DNA of 64,000 bases from an uncultured delta proteobacterium (lineage in GTDB: Bacteria; Desulfobacterota; Deferrimicrobia; Deferrimicrobiales; Deferrimicrobiaceae). Under the pieces are notes generated by a model. That model did not search any database, was not told the origin of the DNA, and was given only the letters and a program-made list of their open reading frames with translations. Every line of letters starts with the position of its first letter. The stretch's first letter is position 1. The stretch is taken from positions 65,622 through 129,621 of the forward strand of contig CAVYRM010000004.1 in the NCBI GenBank assembly GCA_963770975.1. The letters run 5' to 3'. Both the position numbers and the translations under genes were made by a program. Shown piece by piece: positions 28,810 to 38,566 of the stretch.

Positions 28810-29999
28810 TGACGCCCCTCCCCGAGGTCCGGGTGAGCCGGAAGGGAGAGGAGCGCCTGCGTTCCGGCCACCCTTGGGTCTTCGGGGACGACCTGCGCGA
28901 AGTGCCCGAAGGACTTCCACCCGGGCAGTGGGCGCGGATCCGTTCCCGCGCGGGAGAATCCCTCGGGACGGGGACGGTCAACCTCGGGTGCCGGATCGCG
29001 CTTCGCAGGGTTTCCAGGGGGGAGGTCGAGCCGACGGAGGCCTTCCTCGAGATGCGGTTGCGGGAAGCCGTCTCCCGGCGCGACGAGGCGGGCATGTCCG
29101 GGGAGCGCGCGCTTCGAGTCCTTTACTCCGAGGGGGATTTCCTCCCCGGGGTGATCGTCGACCGGTACGGGGATCTCCTCTCCGTCCAGATCCTCACGGC
29201 GGGGATGGAGGGCGTGCGGGACGCTCTTCTGGACGTCCTGGACCGGGAGTTCCGGCCGCGGCTGATCTACGAGCGCTCGGAGGGAGGGGGACGCCGCCTC
29301 GAGGGCCTTCCGGAGCGGAAGGGGGCGGTTCGCGGAGAGGGGCCTCCCCGGGAAGAGATCCTCACGGACGGCGTCCGTTTTTCCGTGGATGCGGAATCCG
29401 GTCCGAAGACGGGGTTCTTCCTCGACCAGAGAAAAAACCGCGGGATCGTCCGGAACCTGGCGGAAGGGAAGACGGTGCTCGACGGTTTCTGCGCGGCGGG
29501 AGGGTTCGGGCTGTACGCCCTCGCCGGGGGCGCGAGGAGCGTCCTTGCCATCGATTCCTCCCGGCTCGCGGTGGAGACCGCGCGGGCGAACGCCGGGTTG
29601 AACGGCGTTACCGACCGCTGGAGCGGGGAGGCGGAGGATCTCTTCCAGGCCCTTCGGAACCTGCGGGACGTCGGCCGCCGGTTCGATCTCGTCATCCTCG
29701 ATCCGCCGTCCTTCGCGAAATCCCGCGAGGGGAGGGAAGGCGCCATGCGCGGGTACCGCGACATCAACCGGATGGGACTTTCCGTCCTCTCCCCGGGAGG
29801 GTTGCTGGCCACCTCGTCTTGCACGCAACGGATCGATGTGGCCAAATGGAAGGAGGCCCTCCGGGACGCGGCGGCCGACGCGGGCGCCGACCTGGAGATG
29901 GTCGCGTGGGGAGGTCAGCCGCCGGATCACCCGGTGCTGTTGTCCGTTCCCGAAACCGAGTACCTGAAGTTCGCCGTCTACAGAAAGCGACTGCCGTGA
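28806..29999 (+). CDS. rlmI: PUA-domain class I SAM-dependent rRNA (cytosine-C5) methyltransferase, RlmI-like
   Basis: ATGA overlap with udg. Diagnostic segments are GHPWVF, KTGFFLDQRKNR, VLDGFCAAGGFG and LDPPSFAKS. Confidence 0.8.
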   Translation: MMTPLPEVRVSRKGEERLRSGHPWVFGDDLREVPEGLPPGQWARIRSRAGESLGTGTVNLGCRIALRRVSRGEVEPTEAFLEMRLREAVSRRDEAGMSGERALRVLYSEGDFLPGVIVDRYGDLLSVQILTAGMEGVRDALLDVLDREFRPRLIYERSEGGGRRLEGLPERKGAVRGEGPPREEILTDGVRFSVDAESGPKTGFFLDQRKNRGIVRNLAEGKTVLDGFCAAGGFGLYALAGGARSVLAIDSSRLAVETARANAGLNGVTDRWSGEAEDLFQALRNLRDVGRRFDLVILDPPSFAKSREGREGAMRGYRDINRMGLSVLSPGGLLATSSCTQRIDVAKWKEALRDAAADAGADLEMVAWGGQPPDHPVLLSVPETEYLKFAVYRKRLP

Positions 30000-31339
30000 C
30001 CCTGCCCCTTTGCCGCGCACTGATCGCCGCGATCATGCTCTTTCTCCCCGTGACCTGCGCGGTGCAGGCCGGCGAGCCGCCGGGGAAGGGGGTGATGGTG
30101 GCCACCATCGCCGCCCCGATCAGCCCGGTGACGTCGGATTACCTCTCCTCCGTCATCGAGCGGGCGGAACGGGAGGACGCCGGGCTCCTCGTGGTGGAGC
30201 TGGACACGCCGGGAGGCCTGGATTCCGCGATGCGGCAGATGGTGCAGGCGATCCTCAAGAGCCCCGTTCCCGTGGCCGTGTACGTCTCTCCGCAGGGGGC
30301 GAGGGCGGCGTCGGCGGGGGTCCTGATCACGCTGGCGGCCGACGTCGCGGCGATGGCCCCGGGGACCAGCATCGGCGCGGCCCACCCGGTCGGCATCGGG
30401 GGCGGATCGATGGACAACACGATGTCGCGGAAGGTGGAGAACGATGCCGCCTCGTACGCCCGGTCCCTCGCCGAAGGACACGGCCGGAACGCCGACTGGG
30501 CGGAGAGCGCCGTGCGGGAAAGCGCCTCCCTGCCGGAGAAGGATGCCGTGGCGAGGAAGGTCGTCGACCTGGCCGCCTCGAACCTGGCCGAACTGCTGGC
30601 GCGGATCGACGGGAAGGAGGTGCGCAAGGGCGATGCGACGAGGATCCTGCGGACGAAGGGCGCTCCCGTGACCCGCGTTCCGATGGGATTGCGCCACCGG
30701 GTCCTCTCCGCCCTGGCGGATCCGAACATCGCGTACATCCTGATGATGATCGGCGTGTACGGGATCTTCTTCGAGCTGTCGAACCCCGGCGCGATCTTTC
30801 CCGGCGTGGTGGGGGGGATCTCGCTGATCCTCGGCTTCTACGCGCTACAGACCCTGTCGGCGAATTACGCGGGGTTTCTCCTCATCCTCCTCGGGGTTAT
30901 CCTGTTCATCCTCGAGATCAAGGTGACGTCGTACGGGGCCTTGACGATCGGGGGCATCATCGCGCTGGTCCTCGGGAGCACGATGCTCTTCCGGTCGAGC
31001 GGCGACCCGTTCCTGCGCGTTTCCTGGAAGGTGATCGCGGGGATGGCCGCGCTGTCCGCGGTCTTCTTCACCACCGTGGTTTCCCTCGCCGTCCGCAGCC
31101 AGCTGCGAAAGCCGGTCACCGGGTCCGAGGGGATGATCGGGGAGCGGGGGGAGGCCGTGACGGATATCGACGGAAAAGGGAAGGTGCGCGTCCTCGGCGA
31201 GCTGTGGGACGCGCGGTCGGTCCGGCCGATCCGCAGGGGCGAGCCGGTGATCGTGGCGCGTCGCGAGGGGATGACGTTGCTCGTCGAAACGAAATCTGCC
31301 GGTCCCGGGGACGAGACGGGGCGGCCAACGGAGGGTTGA
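29996..31339 (+). CDS. NfeD-family membrane-bound ClpP-class serine protease
   Basis: GTGA overlap with rlmI. It has a signal/TM segment and a ClpP-like domain (ELDTPGGLDSAMRQMV, ARAASAGVLI). Multiple TMs follow, then a C-terminal OB-fold NfeD domain (GKVRVLGELWDARS). Confidence 0.85.
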   Translation: MTLPLCRALIAAIMLFLPVTCAVQAGEPPGKGVMVATIAAPISPVTSDYLSSVIERAEREDAGLLVVELDTPGGLDSAMRQMVQAILKSPVPVAVYVSPQGARAASAGVLITLAADVAAMAPGTSIGAAHPVGIGGGSMDNTMSRKVENDAASYARSLAEGHGRNADWAESAVRESASLPEKDAVARKVVDLAASNLAELLARIDGKEVRKGDATRILRTKGAPVTRVPMGLRHRVLSALADPNIAYILMMIGVYGIFFELSNPGAIFPGVVGGISLILGFYALQTLSANYAGFLLILLGVILFILEIKVTSYGALTIGGIIALVLGSTMLFRSSGDPFLRVSWKVIAGMAALSAVFFTTVVSLAVRSQLRKPVTGSEGMIGERGEAVTDIDGKGKVRVLGELWDARSVRPIRRGEPVIVARREGMTLLVETKSAGPGDETGRPTEG

Positions 31340-31342
31340 CAC

Positions 31343-32152
31343 ATGATCATGTATGCAGCGGCCGCGGTGCTTGTCCTGCTGTTCCTGTCGAGCGCCATCA
31401 GGATCCTGAACGAGTACGAGCGGGGGGTGGTCTTCCGGCTGGGGCGCGTGATCGGGTCGAAGGGGCCCGGCCTCATCCTCCTCATCCCCGCGATCGACAA
31501 GATGGTCAAGGTCGACCTGCGCGTCGTGGCCATGGACGTCCCCGCGCAGGACGTCATCACGCGGGACAACGTCACCATCAAGGTGAGCGCCGTTCTCTAT
31601 TTCCGCGTCATCGACCCGAACCGCGCGATCATCGGGGTGGAGAATTACCTCTACGCGACCTCGCAGCTCTCCCAGACGACGCTTCGGTCGGTCTGCGGGC
31701 AGGCCGAGCTGGACGAGCTCCTCGCGGAGCGGGAGAAGATCAACGCGCACCTCCAGGAGATCCTCGACAAGGACACGGAACCGTGGGGCGTCAAGGTCGC
31801 AAAGGTGGAGATCAAGAACATCGACCTGCCGCAGGAGATGCAGAGGGCGATCGCCAAGCAGGCCGAGGCCGAACGGGAACGGCGCGCCAAGGTCATCGGC
31901 TCGGAAGGGGAGTTCCAGGCGGCGCAGAAGCTCTCCGACGCCGCGAAGATCATTGCCGAGAACCCGATCGCCCTGCAGCTGCGCTACCTGCAGACGCTTC
32001 GGGAGGTGGCGGCGGAGAACAACTCCACCACGATCTTCCCCGTTCCGATCGACCTGCTCACGCCGTTCATGCAGCTGGCGAAAATGGTGACCCCGGGAAC
32101 TCCCGGCCCGAAAGAGGGGCCGACCGGGGGACAGCCTCCCGCGGGATCCTGA
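31343..32152 (+). CDS. SPFH/Band-7 (stomatin-like) protein, partner of NfeD
   Basis: Diagnostic segments are [35 protein letters not shown] and [12 protein letters not shown]. It starts 3 nt after nfeD. Confidence 0.9.
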   Translation: MIMYAAAAVLVLLFLSSAIRILNEYERGVVFRLGRVIGSKGPGLILLIPAIDKMVKVDLRVVAMDVPAQDVITRDNVTIKVSAVLYFRVIDPNRAIIGVENYLYATSQLSQTTLRSVCGQAELDELLAEREKINAHLQEILDKDTEPWGVKVAKVEIKNIDLPQEMQRAIAKQAEAERERRAKVIGSEGEFQAAQKLSDAAKIIAENPIALQLRYLQTLREVAAENNSTTIFPVPIDLLTPFMQLAKMVTPGTPGPKEGPTGGQPPAGS

Positions 32153-33414
32153 TGCCGCGTTTCCCGATCGCGATACCGCTGCTCCTGATCGGGGCGGCGG
32201 CCCTGGTACTTGCGGGATGCGCCGGTACGCCGGAGCGGCGTGCCGGGAAGGTGACCCGTACGCCCCCTACGCCCTCCGCCCTTCCCCCGCCGAGGGCGCT
32301 CCCGCCCCCCGTGGCGTCGGCGCCGCCGCCCGCGAAGATCCCTTCCCCGACCCCGTCCCCGGTGATCGCGGGACCTCCCTTCATCCGGGTGCTGCTCTCC
32401 AGCGGGACGAGGGAAATCGTCCTGGAGGCGGAAACGCTCAGGGCCTGGGACCAGGACGGTCGGCTCGTCGCGACGGGACCGGGACGTGTCGACGTGGAAG
32501 CCGCGGAGGGACGGATCCGATGGGGCGGGTCGACGCTGCTCGGGGAGACGATCGACGTCGCAGGGACCCCCGCGTTGATTATCGGGAACCGGAAGGTGGG
32601 CGGACGCGTCCGCCTGATCGCGAAGAAAGGAGCGCTGCTCGCGGTAGCGGTCGTGCCGCTCGATGCATACGTCGCTGCCGTGGTCAGCCGGGAAGCGCCC
32701 CCCCGTTTCCTTCCCGAATCGCTCGCGGCGATGGCGGTCGCCGTTCGGACCTACGCGCTCGGAGCCGTCGGGAAACCCAGGAACCCGGCATACGACGTCG
32801 TGGGAAGCGTCGAAGACCAGGTGTTCGAAGGGATGGACAACGTGGCGCCCGCTTTCCAGGAAGCGGCGGAACGAACGCACGGGATCGTGGTCCGGTACCG
32901 GGGGGCGCTCGCCCAGACCGTGTACCACTCGACGTGCGGGGGCCGGACCGAATCCGCGGAATCCGCGTGGGGGCGGGATGTGCCGTACCTGCGAAGCCAG
33001 ACCTGCACGGAATGCGCGGACTCCCCGGTATACCGTTGGGAGTACCGCATGTCCCTGGCGGAGGGACAGCGCCTGGCGCAGGCGCTCGGGATCCCGCCAA
33101 GCAAGGTGATCCGGTTCGTCGTGGCGGGCCGCACCCCGTCGGGGCGCGCCCGCCGCGTGCATGTCTCCTCCGGCGGGGTTTCCCGGGAACTCCAGGCCGC
33201 CGCGTTCCGGAAGGCCGCCGGGTACGCCAAGGTCCGCAGCCTGAAGATGGAGATCGAACCCGTTCCCGGGGGATGGAGGTTCACCGGAGAGGGGTACGGC
33301 CACGGGGTGGGGATGTGCCAGTTCGGGGCGAACGGGATGGCCCGGCGCGGGGCGACCTACCGGGAGATCCTCGCGTGGTACTACCCCGGGACGCAGGTGG
33401 TGGTGGCACCCTGA
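32152..33414 (+). CDS. SpoIID/LytB-domain lipoprotein (peptidoglycan lytic transglycosylase-like)
   Basis: The lipobox is LVLAGC. A Pro-rich linker follows. The SpoIID core reads AVAVRTYAL...YHSTCGGRTE...GHGVGMCQFGA. Confidence 0.82.
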   Translation: MPRFPIAIPLLLIGAAALVLAGCAGTPERRAGKVTRTPPTPSALPPPRALPPPVASAPPPAKIPSPTPSPVIAGPPFIRVLLSSGTREIVLEAETLRAWDQDGRLVATGPGRVDVEAAEGRIRWGGSTLLGETIDVAGTPALIIGNRKVGGRVRLIAKKGALLAVAVVPLDAYVAAVVSREAPPRFLPESLAAMAVAVRTYALGAVGKPRNPAYDVVGSVEDQVFEGMDNVAPAFQEAAERTHGIVVRYRGALAQTVYHSTCGGRTESAESAWGRDVPYLRSQTCTECADSPVYRWEYRMSLAEGQRLAQALGIPPSKVIRFVVAGRTPSGRARRVHVSSGGVSRELQAAAFRKAAGYAKVRSLKMEIEPVPGGWRFTGEGYGHGVGMCQFGANGMARRGATYREILAWYYPGTQVVVAP

Positions 33415-34466
33415 GGACCGGGCTGCTGGAGTACGAGCTGCCGGATCGTCTCGTCGCGCAGCATCCGGCCGCCCGGCGCCGCGACGCCCGGATGATGGTG
33501 CTTTCCCGGGCGGACGGGAGGATCGCACACCGTCGGTTCCCGGAATTCCCCGCGCTGCTGCGGCGCGGGGACCTGCTCGTCGTAAACGACACGAAGGTCC
33601 TGCGCGGCCGCCTCCGGGCGGTGCGGGCGACGGGAGGCGCGGCCGAGATCTTCCTGCTATCCCCCCTCCCGGGCCCGGGGACGGCCGGCGAGGAACGATG
33701 GGAGGCGCTTGTCCGCCCGTCGAAGCGATTGAAGGAGGGGGAGGAGATCGTCGTCGGCGGCCTCCTGCGGGTCCGGCTCGGCCGGAGGCTCGACGAGGGG
33801 CGCAGGGAGATATGCCTGTCCGGGGGAAGCCTCCCGGTGGAGAAGGTCCTCGAATCCGTCGGGGAGGTACCGCTGCCCCCCTATATCCGGCGCCCCGGCG
33901 GGGAAGCGGCGGAGGAGGACGCGGTCCGCTACCAGACGGTATTCGCGACGCGTCCCGGTTCGGTGGCGGCCCCCACCGCGGGGCTCCATTTCGACGAGGA
34001 CCTTCTCGGGGAAATCGAGGCGGCGGGAGTCCCCGTCGTCCGGGTCACCCTTTCGGTAGGGTACGGTACGTTCTCTCCGATCCGGACGGAGGAGGTCGAG
34101 GCGCACCGGATCCACGAGGAGCGGTACCGGCTGTCGCGGGATGCGGCGAAGGCGGTCAACGATGCGCGGGCCCGTGGAGGAAGGGTGATCGCGGTGGGAA
34201 CCACCAGCGTGCGGGTCCTCGAGACCTGCGCGGCGGAAGACGGGAACGTGACCCCCTCGGAGGGAACGACCCGGATGTACATCTACCCCGGATACCGTTT
34301 CCGCGCGGTCGACGCGATGCTCACGAACTTCCACCTGCCGCGCTCCAGTCTCCTCGCCCTGGTGATGGCGTTCGCGGGGATCGACGCGACGCGGGCGGCA
34401 TACCGGGAAGCGGTGGCCGAAGGATACCGCTTCTTCAGCTACGGCGACGCGATGTTCATCGCTTGA
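33375..34466 (+). CDS. queA: S-adenosylmethionine:tRNA ribosyltransferase-isomerase
   Basis: Diagnostic segments are LLEYELPDRLVAQHP, VVNDTKV, PLPPYI, TAGLHF and NFHLPRSSLL. The start is ambiguous. GTG 33375 gives a 12-aa extension. CTG 33411 overlaps the spoIID stop as CTGA and matches the usual QueA N-terminus. Confidence 0.9.
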   Translation: MVLPRDAGGGGTLRTGLLEYELPDRLVAQHPAARRRDARMMVLSRADGRIAHRRFPEFPALLRRGDLLVVNDTKVLRGRLRAVRATGGAAEIFLLSPLPGPGTAGEERWEALVRPSKRLKEGEEIVVGGLLRVRLGRRLDEGRREICLSGGSLPVEKVLESVGEVPLPPYIRRPGGEAAEEDAVRYQTVFATRPGSVAAPTAGLHFDEDLLGEIEAAGVPVVRVTLSVGYGTFSPIRTEEVEAHRIHEERYRLSRDAAKAVNDARARGGRVIAVGTTSVRVLETCAAEDGNVTPSEGTTRMYIYPGYRFRAVDAMLTNFHLPRSSLLALVMAFAGIDATRAAYREAVAEGYRFFSYGDAMFIA

Positions 34467-34476
34467 GGAGGGCCGC

Positions 34477-35586
34477 GTGACGGTTCGTTTCACGGTGGAG
34501 TCACGGGACGTGGGAACCGCCGCGCGTACGGGGACGATCTCGACCGGTCGCGGCTCCTTCCGCACGCCCGCGTTCATGCCGGTGGGGACGTCGGCGACGG
34601 TCAAGGGGGTCTGGCCGGACCAGCTTCGTGAGATGGGGTACGGCTGCATCCTCGGCAATACCTATCACCTGTACCTGCGGCCGGGGCACGAACGGATCCG
34701 CTCCCAGGGGGGGCTCCACCGCTTCATGGGATGGGACCGGCTGATCCTCACCGACAGCGGCGGGTTCCAGGTCTTCTCCCTCAGCGCCCTGAGAAAGGTT
34801 TCCGACGAGGCGGTGACGTTCCGTTCCCACCTGGACGGGTCGCTGCATACCCTGACGCCGGAGCTCGCGGTGGACGTGCAGGAGGCCCTGGGGTCCGACC
34901 TGCGGATGGTCCTCGACGAGTGCGTGGAGTACCCGGCGGAGAGGGAGGAAGTCGAGGAGGCGGTCCGGCGGACCACCCTTTGGGCGAAGCGGTCCCTCGG
35001 GGCGCGGACCCTGGAGGACGGGGGGATGTTCGGAATCGTCCAGGGCGGGATGTTCCCCGATCTCCGCCGCCGCAGCGCCGCGGAGGTGTGCGCCCTCCCG
35101 TTCGACGGGTTCGCCATCGGGGGCGTGAGCGTGGGGGAGGGGAAGGAACTCCAGCGGGAGACGGTGGCCCTTGCGGCGCCCCTCCTGCCGGCCGACAAGC
35201 CCCGCTACCTGATGGGAGTGGGAACCCCCGCGGATATCCTGTACGCCGTCTCTCACGGGATCGACCTGTTCGACTGCGTCCTGCCGACCCGCAACGCTCG
35301 AAACGGGATGATGTTCACGTCCTCCGGTCCGGTCTCGATCAAGCAGGCCCGGTACGCGGACGACCCCCTTCCCGCGGACGAGCGGTGCGGGTGCCCCACC
35401 TGCCGCTCCTTTTCCCGTTCCTACCTCCGGCATCTTTATCTCCAGCGGGAAATGCTCGGATCGATGGCGATGACGGTTCACAACCTGCACTTCTATTCGC
35501 GGCTGATCGAGCGGATCCGGGAGGCGATTTCCCGTGGAAATTTCGGGGAACTTGTGAAAGAATCAGGCGTTTCGGAAATCGAGTAG
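34477..35586 (+). CDS. tgt: Queuine tRNA-ribosyltransferase
   Basis: Diagnostic segments are TPAFMPVGT, LGNTYHL, LTDSGGFQV, GIVQGG, LMGVGTP, DCVLPTRNARNG and the zinc site CGCPTC...H. Confidence 0.95.
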   Translation: MTVRFTVESRDVGTAARTGTISTGRGSFRTPAFMPVGTSATVKGVWPDQLREMGYGCILGNTYHLYLRPGHERIRSQGGLHRFMGWDRLILTDSGGFQVFSLSALRKVSDEAVTFRSHLDGSLHTLTPELAVDVQEALGSDLRMVLDECVEYPAEREEVEEAVRRTTLWAKRSLGARTLEDGGMFGIVQGGMFPDLRRRSAAEVCALPFDGFAIGGVSVGEGKELQRETVALAAPLLPADKPRYLMGVGTPADILYAVSHGIDLFDCVLPTRNARNGMMFTSSGPVSIKQARYADDPLPADERCGCPTCRSFSRSYLRHLYLQREMLGSMAMTVHNLHFYSRLIERIREAISRGNFGELVKESGVSEIE

Positions 35587-35609
35587 CGTCCAAAGGAGGC
35601 GGAATCCAT

Positions 35610-35960
35610 ATGTTCGACACAGGTGTCGCATACGCGATGGGCGGTTCCCCGGGCGGCGGGTCCGGAGGGGCGGGCGGCCTGATGGGGCTCCTCCCCATCC
35701 TCCTCATGTTCGTGATCTTCTACTTCCTGCTGATCCGGCCGCAGCAGAAACAGGCCCGCAAGCAGCAGGATTTCATCAAGAACCTGAAGGTCGGGGACAG
35801 GGTGGTGACCACCGGCGGCCTTCACGGCGAGGTGAAGGGCCTGACCGATACGACCATCACCCTCGAGATCGCGGACAAGGTGCGGGTCAAGATCACGCGC
35901 ACCGCCGTCTCGGGTTCGAGCCAGGACGCCGCGGTGCCGGAAGCCCAGAAGCCGGCCTGA
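35610..35960 (+). CDS. yajC: Preprotein translocase subunit YajC
   Basis: The Shine-Dalgarno sequence AAAGGAGG lies at 35592-35599. Diagnostic segments are LLPILLMFVIFYFLLIRPQQKQ and GDRVVTTGGLHGEV. Confidence 0.9.
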   Translation: MFDTGVAYAMGGSPGGGSGGAGGLMGLLPILLMFVIFYFLLIRPQQKQARKQQDFIKNLKVGDRVVTTGGLHGEVKGLTDTTITLEIADKVRVKITRTAVSGSSQDAAVPEAQKPA

Positions 35961-36018
35961 CGCGGCCCCTGGGCCCGGGGCACCGGAAGCAGGATACGGA
36001 AAGGAGTACCGACGCACC

Positions 36019-37614
36019 ATGTGGAAGAGCATCACCGGGAGATTCACGCTGATCGCCGTCCTGACGGCGGTCTCCATCATCGTACTCGTTCCCTCGCTGA
36101 CCGACCAGGTACCGGCGGGGTGGAAGGACAGGGTGCCGAAGATCAACCTCGGGCTCGACCTCCAGGGCGGGGTGTTCCTGCGGCTCGCGGTCGAGATCGA
36201 CAAGGCGATCGAGAACACCTCCATGCGGTATGCGGACGACGCCCGTGCCGTCTGCCGCGAGAAAGCGCTCCCCGTCCTCGCCATGGAGAAGAGCAGCGAG
36301 GGAGGGTTCTCCCTGCGGTTCCCGCCCGGCGATTTCGCCTCCCGCGCGCAATCCACCCTGAAGGATGAGTTCCCCTCCCTCGATGTGTCCCTGGGTGCGG
36401 TGAAAGCCGACGGAGCGACGGTCGTCGCGCGGATGAAACCGGCCGAGATCCAGGCGATCCGGACGAACGCCGTCGTCCAGGGCGTGGAAACGATCCGGAA
36501 CCGGATCGACCAGTTCGGGGTCCGGGAGCCGCAGATCATCGCGGAAGGAGAGGACCGGATCGTGGTCCAGCTTCCGGGAGTGAAGGATCAGCAACGGGCG
36601 ATCGAGCTCGTGGGCAAGACGGCGCTCCTCGAATTCAAGCTGGTGGACGAGGGGGCGAGCATCGAGGAGGCCCTCAAGGGGAACGTCCCCGAGGACGACC
36701 AGGTCCTGTACCAGAAGTCGGTGGACCCCCAGACCGGCCGGGCGACGAAGACCCCGTTGCTCGTGAAGAAGCGGGCGCTTCTGACCGGCGACACGATCAA
36801 GACCGCGAAGGTGAACTTCGGAGGCCAGGGCGGGGGAGCGCACGTCTCCCTGTCGTTCGACACCCGGGGCGCGAAGGTCTTCGACCGGGTGACCGCCGAG
36901 AACGTCAAGCGCCGCCTGGCGATCGTCCTCGACGACACGATCTACTCCGCTCCGGTCATCCAGGAGCGGATCTCCGGCGGCGAGGCGCAGATCACCGGGA
37001 ACTTCACCCCGGAAGAGGCGTCGGACCTCGCGATCGTCCTGCGGGCGGGCTCGCTGCCGGCGCCGGTGAAAGTGATCCAGAACGTCTCGATCGGCCCGTC
37101 CCTCGGGCTCGACTCGATCAGGAAAGGGATCCGGGCGGCCGTGATCGGGGCGCTGCTGGTGGTGCTCTTCATGGGGTTCTATTACAGGTTCGCGGGCCTG
37201 GTGGCGGACTTCGCACTGATCTTCAACATCCTGTTCCTGCTTTCGGGCATGGCCGCCTTCTCGGCGACTCTCACCCTCCCCGGCATCGCCGGGATCATCC
37301 TTGCGATCGGCATGGCGGTCGACTCGAACGTCCTGATCTTCGAGCGGATCCGGGAAGAGATCCGCGCGAAGAAGACGGTCCGCGCGGCGATCGACGCGGG
37401 GTACGACAAGGCGTTCTGGACGGTGGTCGACTCCCACGTCACCACGCTGATCACCGCGGTGATCCTCTTCCAGTTCGGCACCGGGCCGATCAAGGGGTTC
37501 GCCGTGACGCTCTCCATGGGCGTGGCGATCAACCTCTTCACCGCGCTGGTGTGCACCAAGGTCGTGTTCGACTACCTCAACGCCAAGAAGCCGATGCAGG
37601 CGCTGAGCATTTAA
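36019..37614 (+). CDS. secD: Protein translocase subunit SecD
   Basis: 531 aa. It has an N-terminal TM, a large periplasmic domain (GLDLQGG) and a C-terminal 5-TM bundle (SIGPSLG...AVDSNVLIFERIREE). Confidence 0.93.
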   Translation: MWKSITGRFTLIAVLTAVSIIVLVPSLTDQVPAGWKDRVPKINLGLDLQGGVFLRLAVEIDKAIENTSMRYADDARAVCREKALPVLAMEKSSEGGFSLRFPPGDFASRAQSTLKDEFPSLDVSLGAVKADGATVVARMKPAEIQAIRTNAVVQGVETIRNRIDQFGVREPQIIAEGEDRIVVQLPGVKDQQRAIELVGKTALLEFKLVDEGASIEEALKGNVPEDDQVLYQKSVDPQTGRATKTPLLVKKRALLTGDTIKTAKVNFGGQGGGAHVSLSFDTRGAKVFDRVTAENVKRRLAIVLDDTIYSAPVIQERISGGEAQITGNFTPEEASDLAIVLRAGSLPAPVKVIQNVSIGPSLGLDSIRKGIRAAVIGALLVVLFMGFYYRFAGLVADFALIFNILFLLSGMAAFSATLTLPGIAGIILAIGMAVDSNVLIFERIREEIRAKKTVRAAIDAGYDKAFWTVVDSHVTTLITAVILFQFGTGPIKGFAVTLSMGVAINLFTALVCTKVVFDYLNAKKPMQALSI

Positions 37615-37635
37615 GGGATACGGGGACGACTGACG

Positions 37636-38553
37636 ATGATCGAGCTGGTCAAGAACACCAAGATCGACTTCATGGGACTGAAGAAAATATCCTTCACCAT
37701 ATCGGCCGCCCTCGTGATCCTGGGGATCGTCGGAACCGTGCAGATCTACCGGGGGAAAGCGAACCTCGGGATCGACCTGGCCGGGGGGACGTCGATCCAG
37801 CTGAAATTCCAGAAGCCGTTCTCCATGGACGAGATCCGTTCCCTCCTCGCGAAGGCGGGGCACGGCGAGGCGGCCTTGCAGGAGGTATCCGGGGAGAACA
37901 TCCTCATGCTCAAGCTGCGCGCCTCCGGCAAGCAGGATGAGAAGATGGTCGCCGATCCGATGGTGAACCTCCTTCGGCAATCCCTTCCGGGGAACCCGTT
38001 CGTCGTAGAAAGCGTTTCCGAGATCGGGCCGGCCATCGGACACAAGCTGCGCCGGGACGCCGAGCTGGCGATGCTGATTTCCGCCCTGGCGATCATCATC
38101 TACCTGGCGTGGCGGTTCGAGTTCAAGTTCGGCGTCGCGGCGGCGATCGCCACCTTTCACGACATCTTCGCCATCGTCGGGATCTTCTGGCTCCTCGGGA
38201 TCGAGAAGGACCTTCTCTTCATCACCGCGCTGCTCACCGTCGGGGGATACTCCCTCACCGACACGGTCGTCGTCTTCGACCGGATCCGGGAGAACATCCG
38301 GCTCCGGAAGAAGGGGACCTTCTCCGAGACGATCAACCTGAGCGTCAACGAGGTCCTCAGCCGGACCATCATCACTTCGATGACCGTCTTCATCGCCGTC
38401 GTGACGCTGCTGGCGTTCGGCGGGCTCGTCCTCCGGAACTTCGCGCTTGCCCTCGCGATGGGGATCGTCATCGGGACGTACTCCTCGATATTCGTGGCCA
38501 GCCCGATCGTCGCCATCTGGCGGGGTGAGAAGATGACCGAAGTGAAGAGGTGA
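37636..38553 (+). CDS. secF: Protein translocase subunit SecF
   Basis: 305 aa. Diagnostic segments are GIDLAGGT, GYSLTDTVVVFDRIREN and SRTIITSMT. Confidence 0.93.
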   Translation: MIELVKNTKIDFMGLKKISFTISAALVILGIVGTVQIYRGKANLGIDLAGGTSIQLKFQKPFSMDEIRSLLAKAGHGEAALQEVSGENILMLKLRASGKQDEKMVADPMVNLLRQSLPGNPFVVESVSEIGPAIGHKLRRDAELAMLISALAIIIYLAWRFEFKFGVAAAIATFHDIFAIVGIFWLLGIEKDLLFITALLTVGGYSLTDTVVVFDRIRENIRLRKKGTFSETINLSVNEVLSRTIITSMTVFIAVVTLLAFGGLVLRNFALALAMGIVIGTYSSIFVASPIVAIWRGEKMTEVKR

Positions 38554-38566
38554 TCGGGGGCGAGGC

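Noticed and set aside
29996-32152. The NfeD protease and SPFH/stomatin pair as a candidate novel defence or stress system.
   Set aside because: This two-gene module is a widespread, already described membrane-quality-control pair. Here it is embedded by overlaps in a housekeeping array, with no defence-island neighbours.
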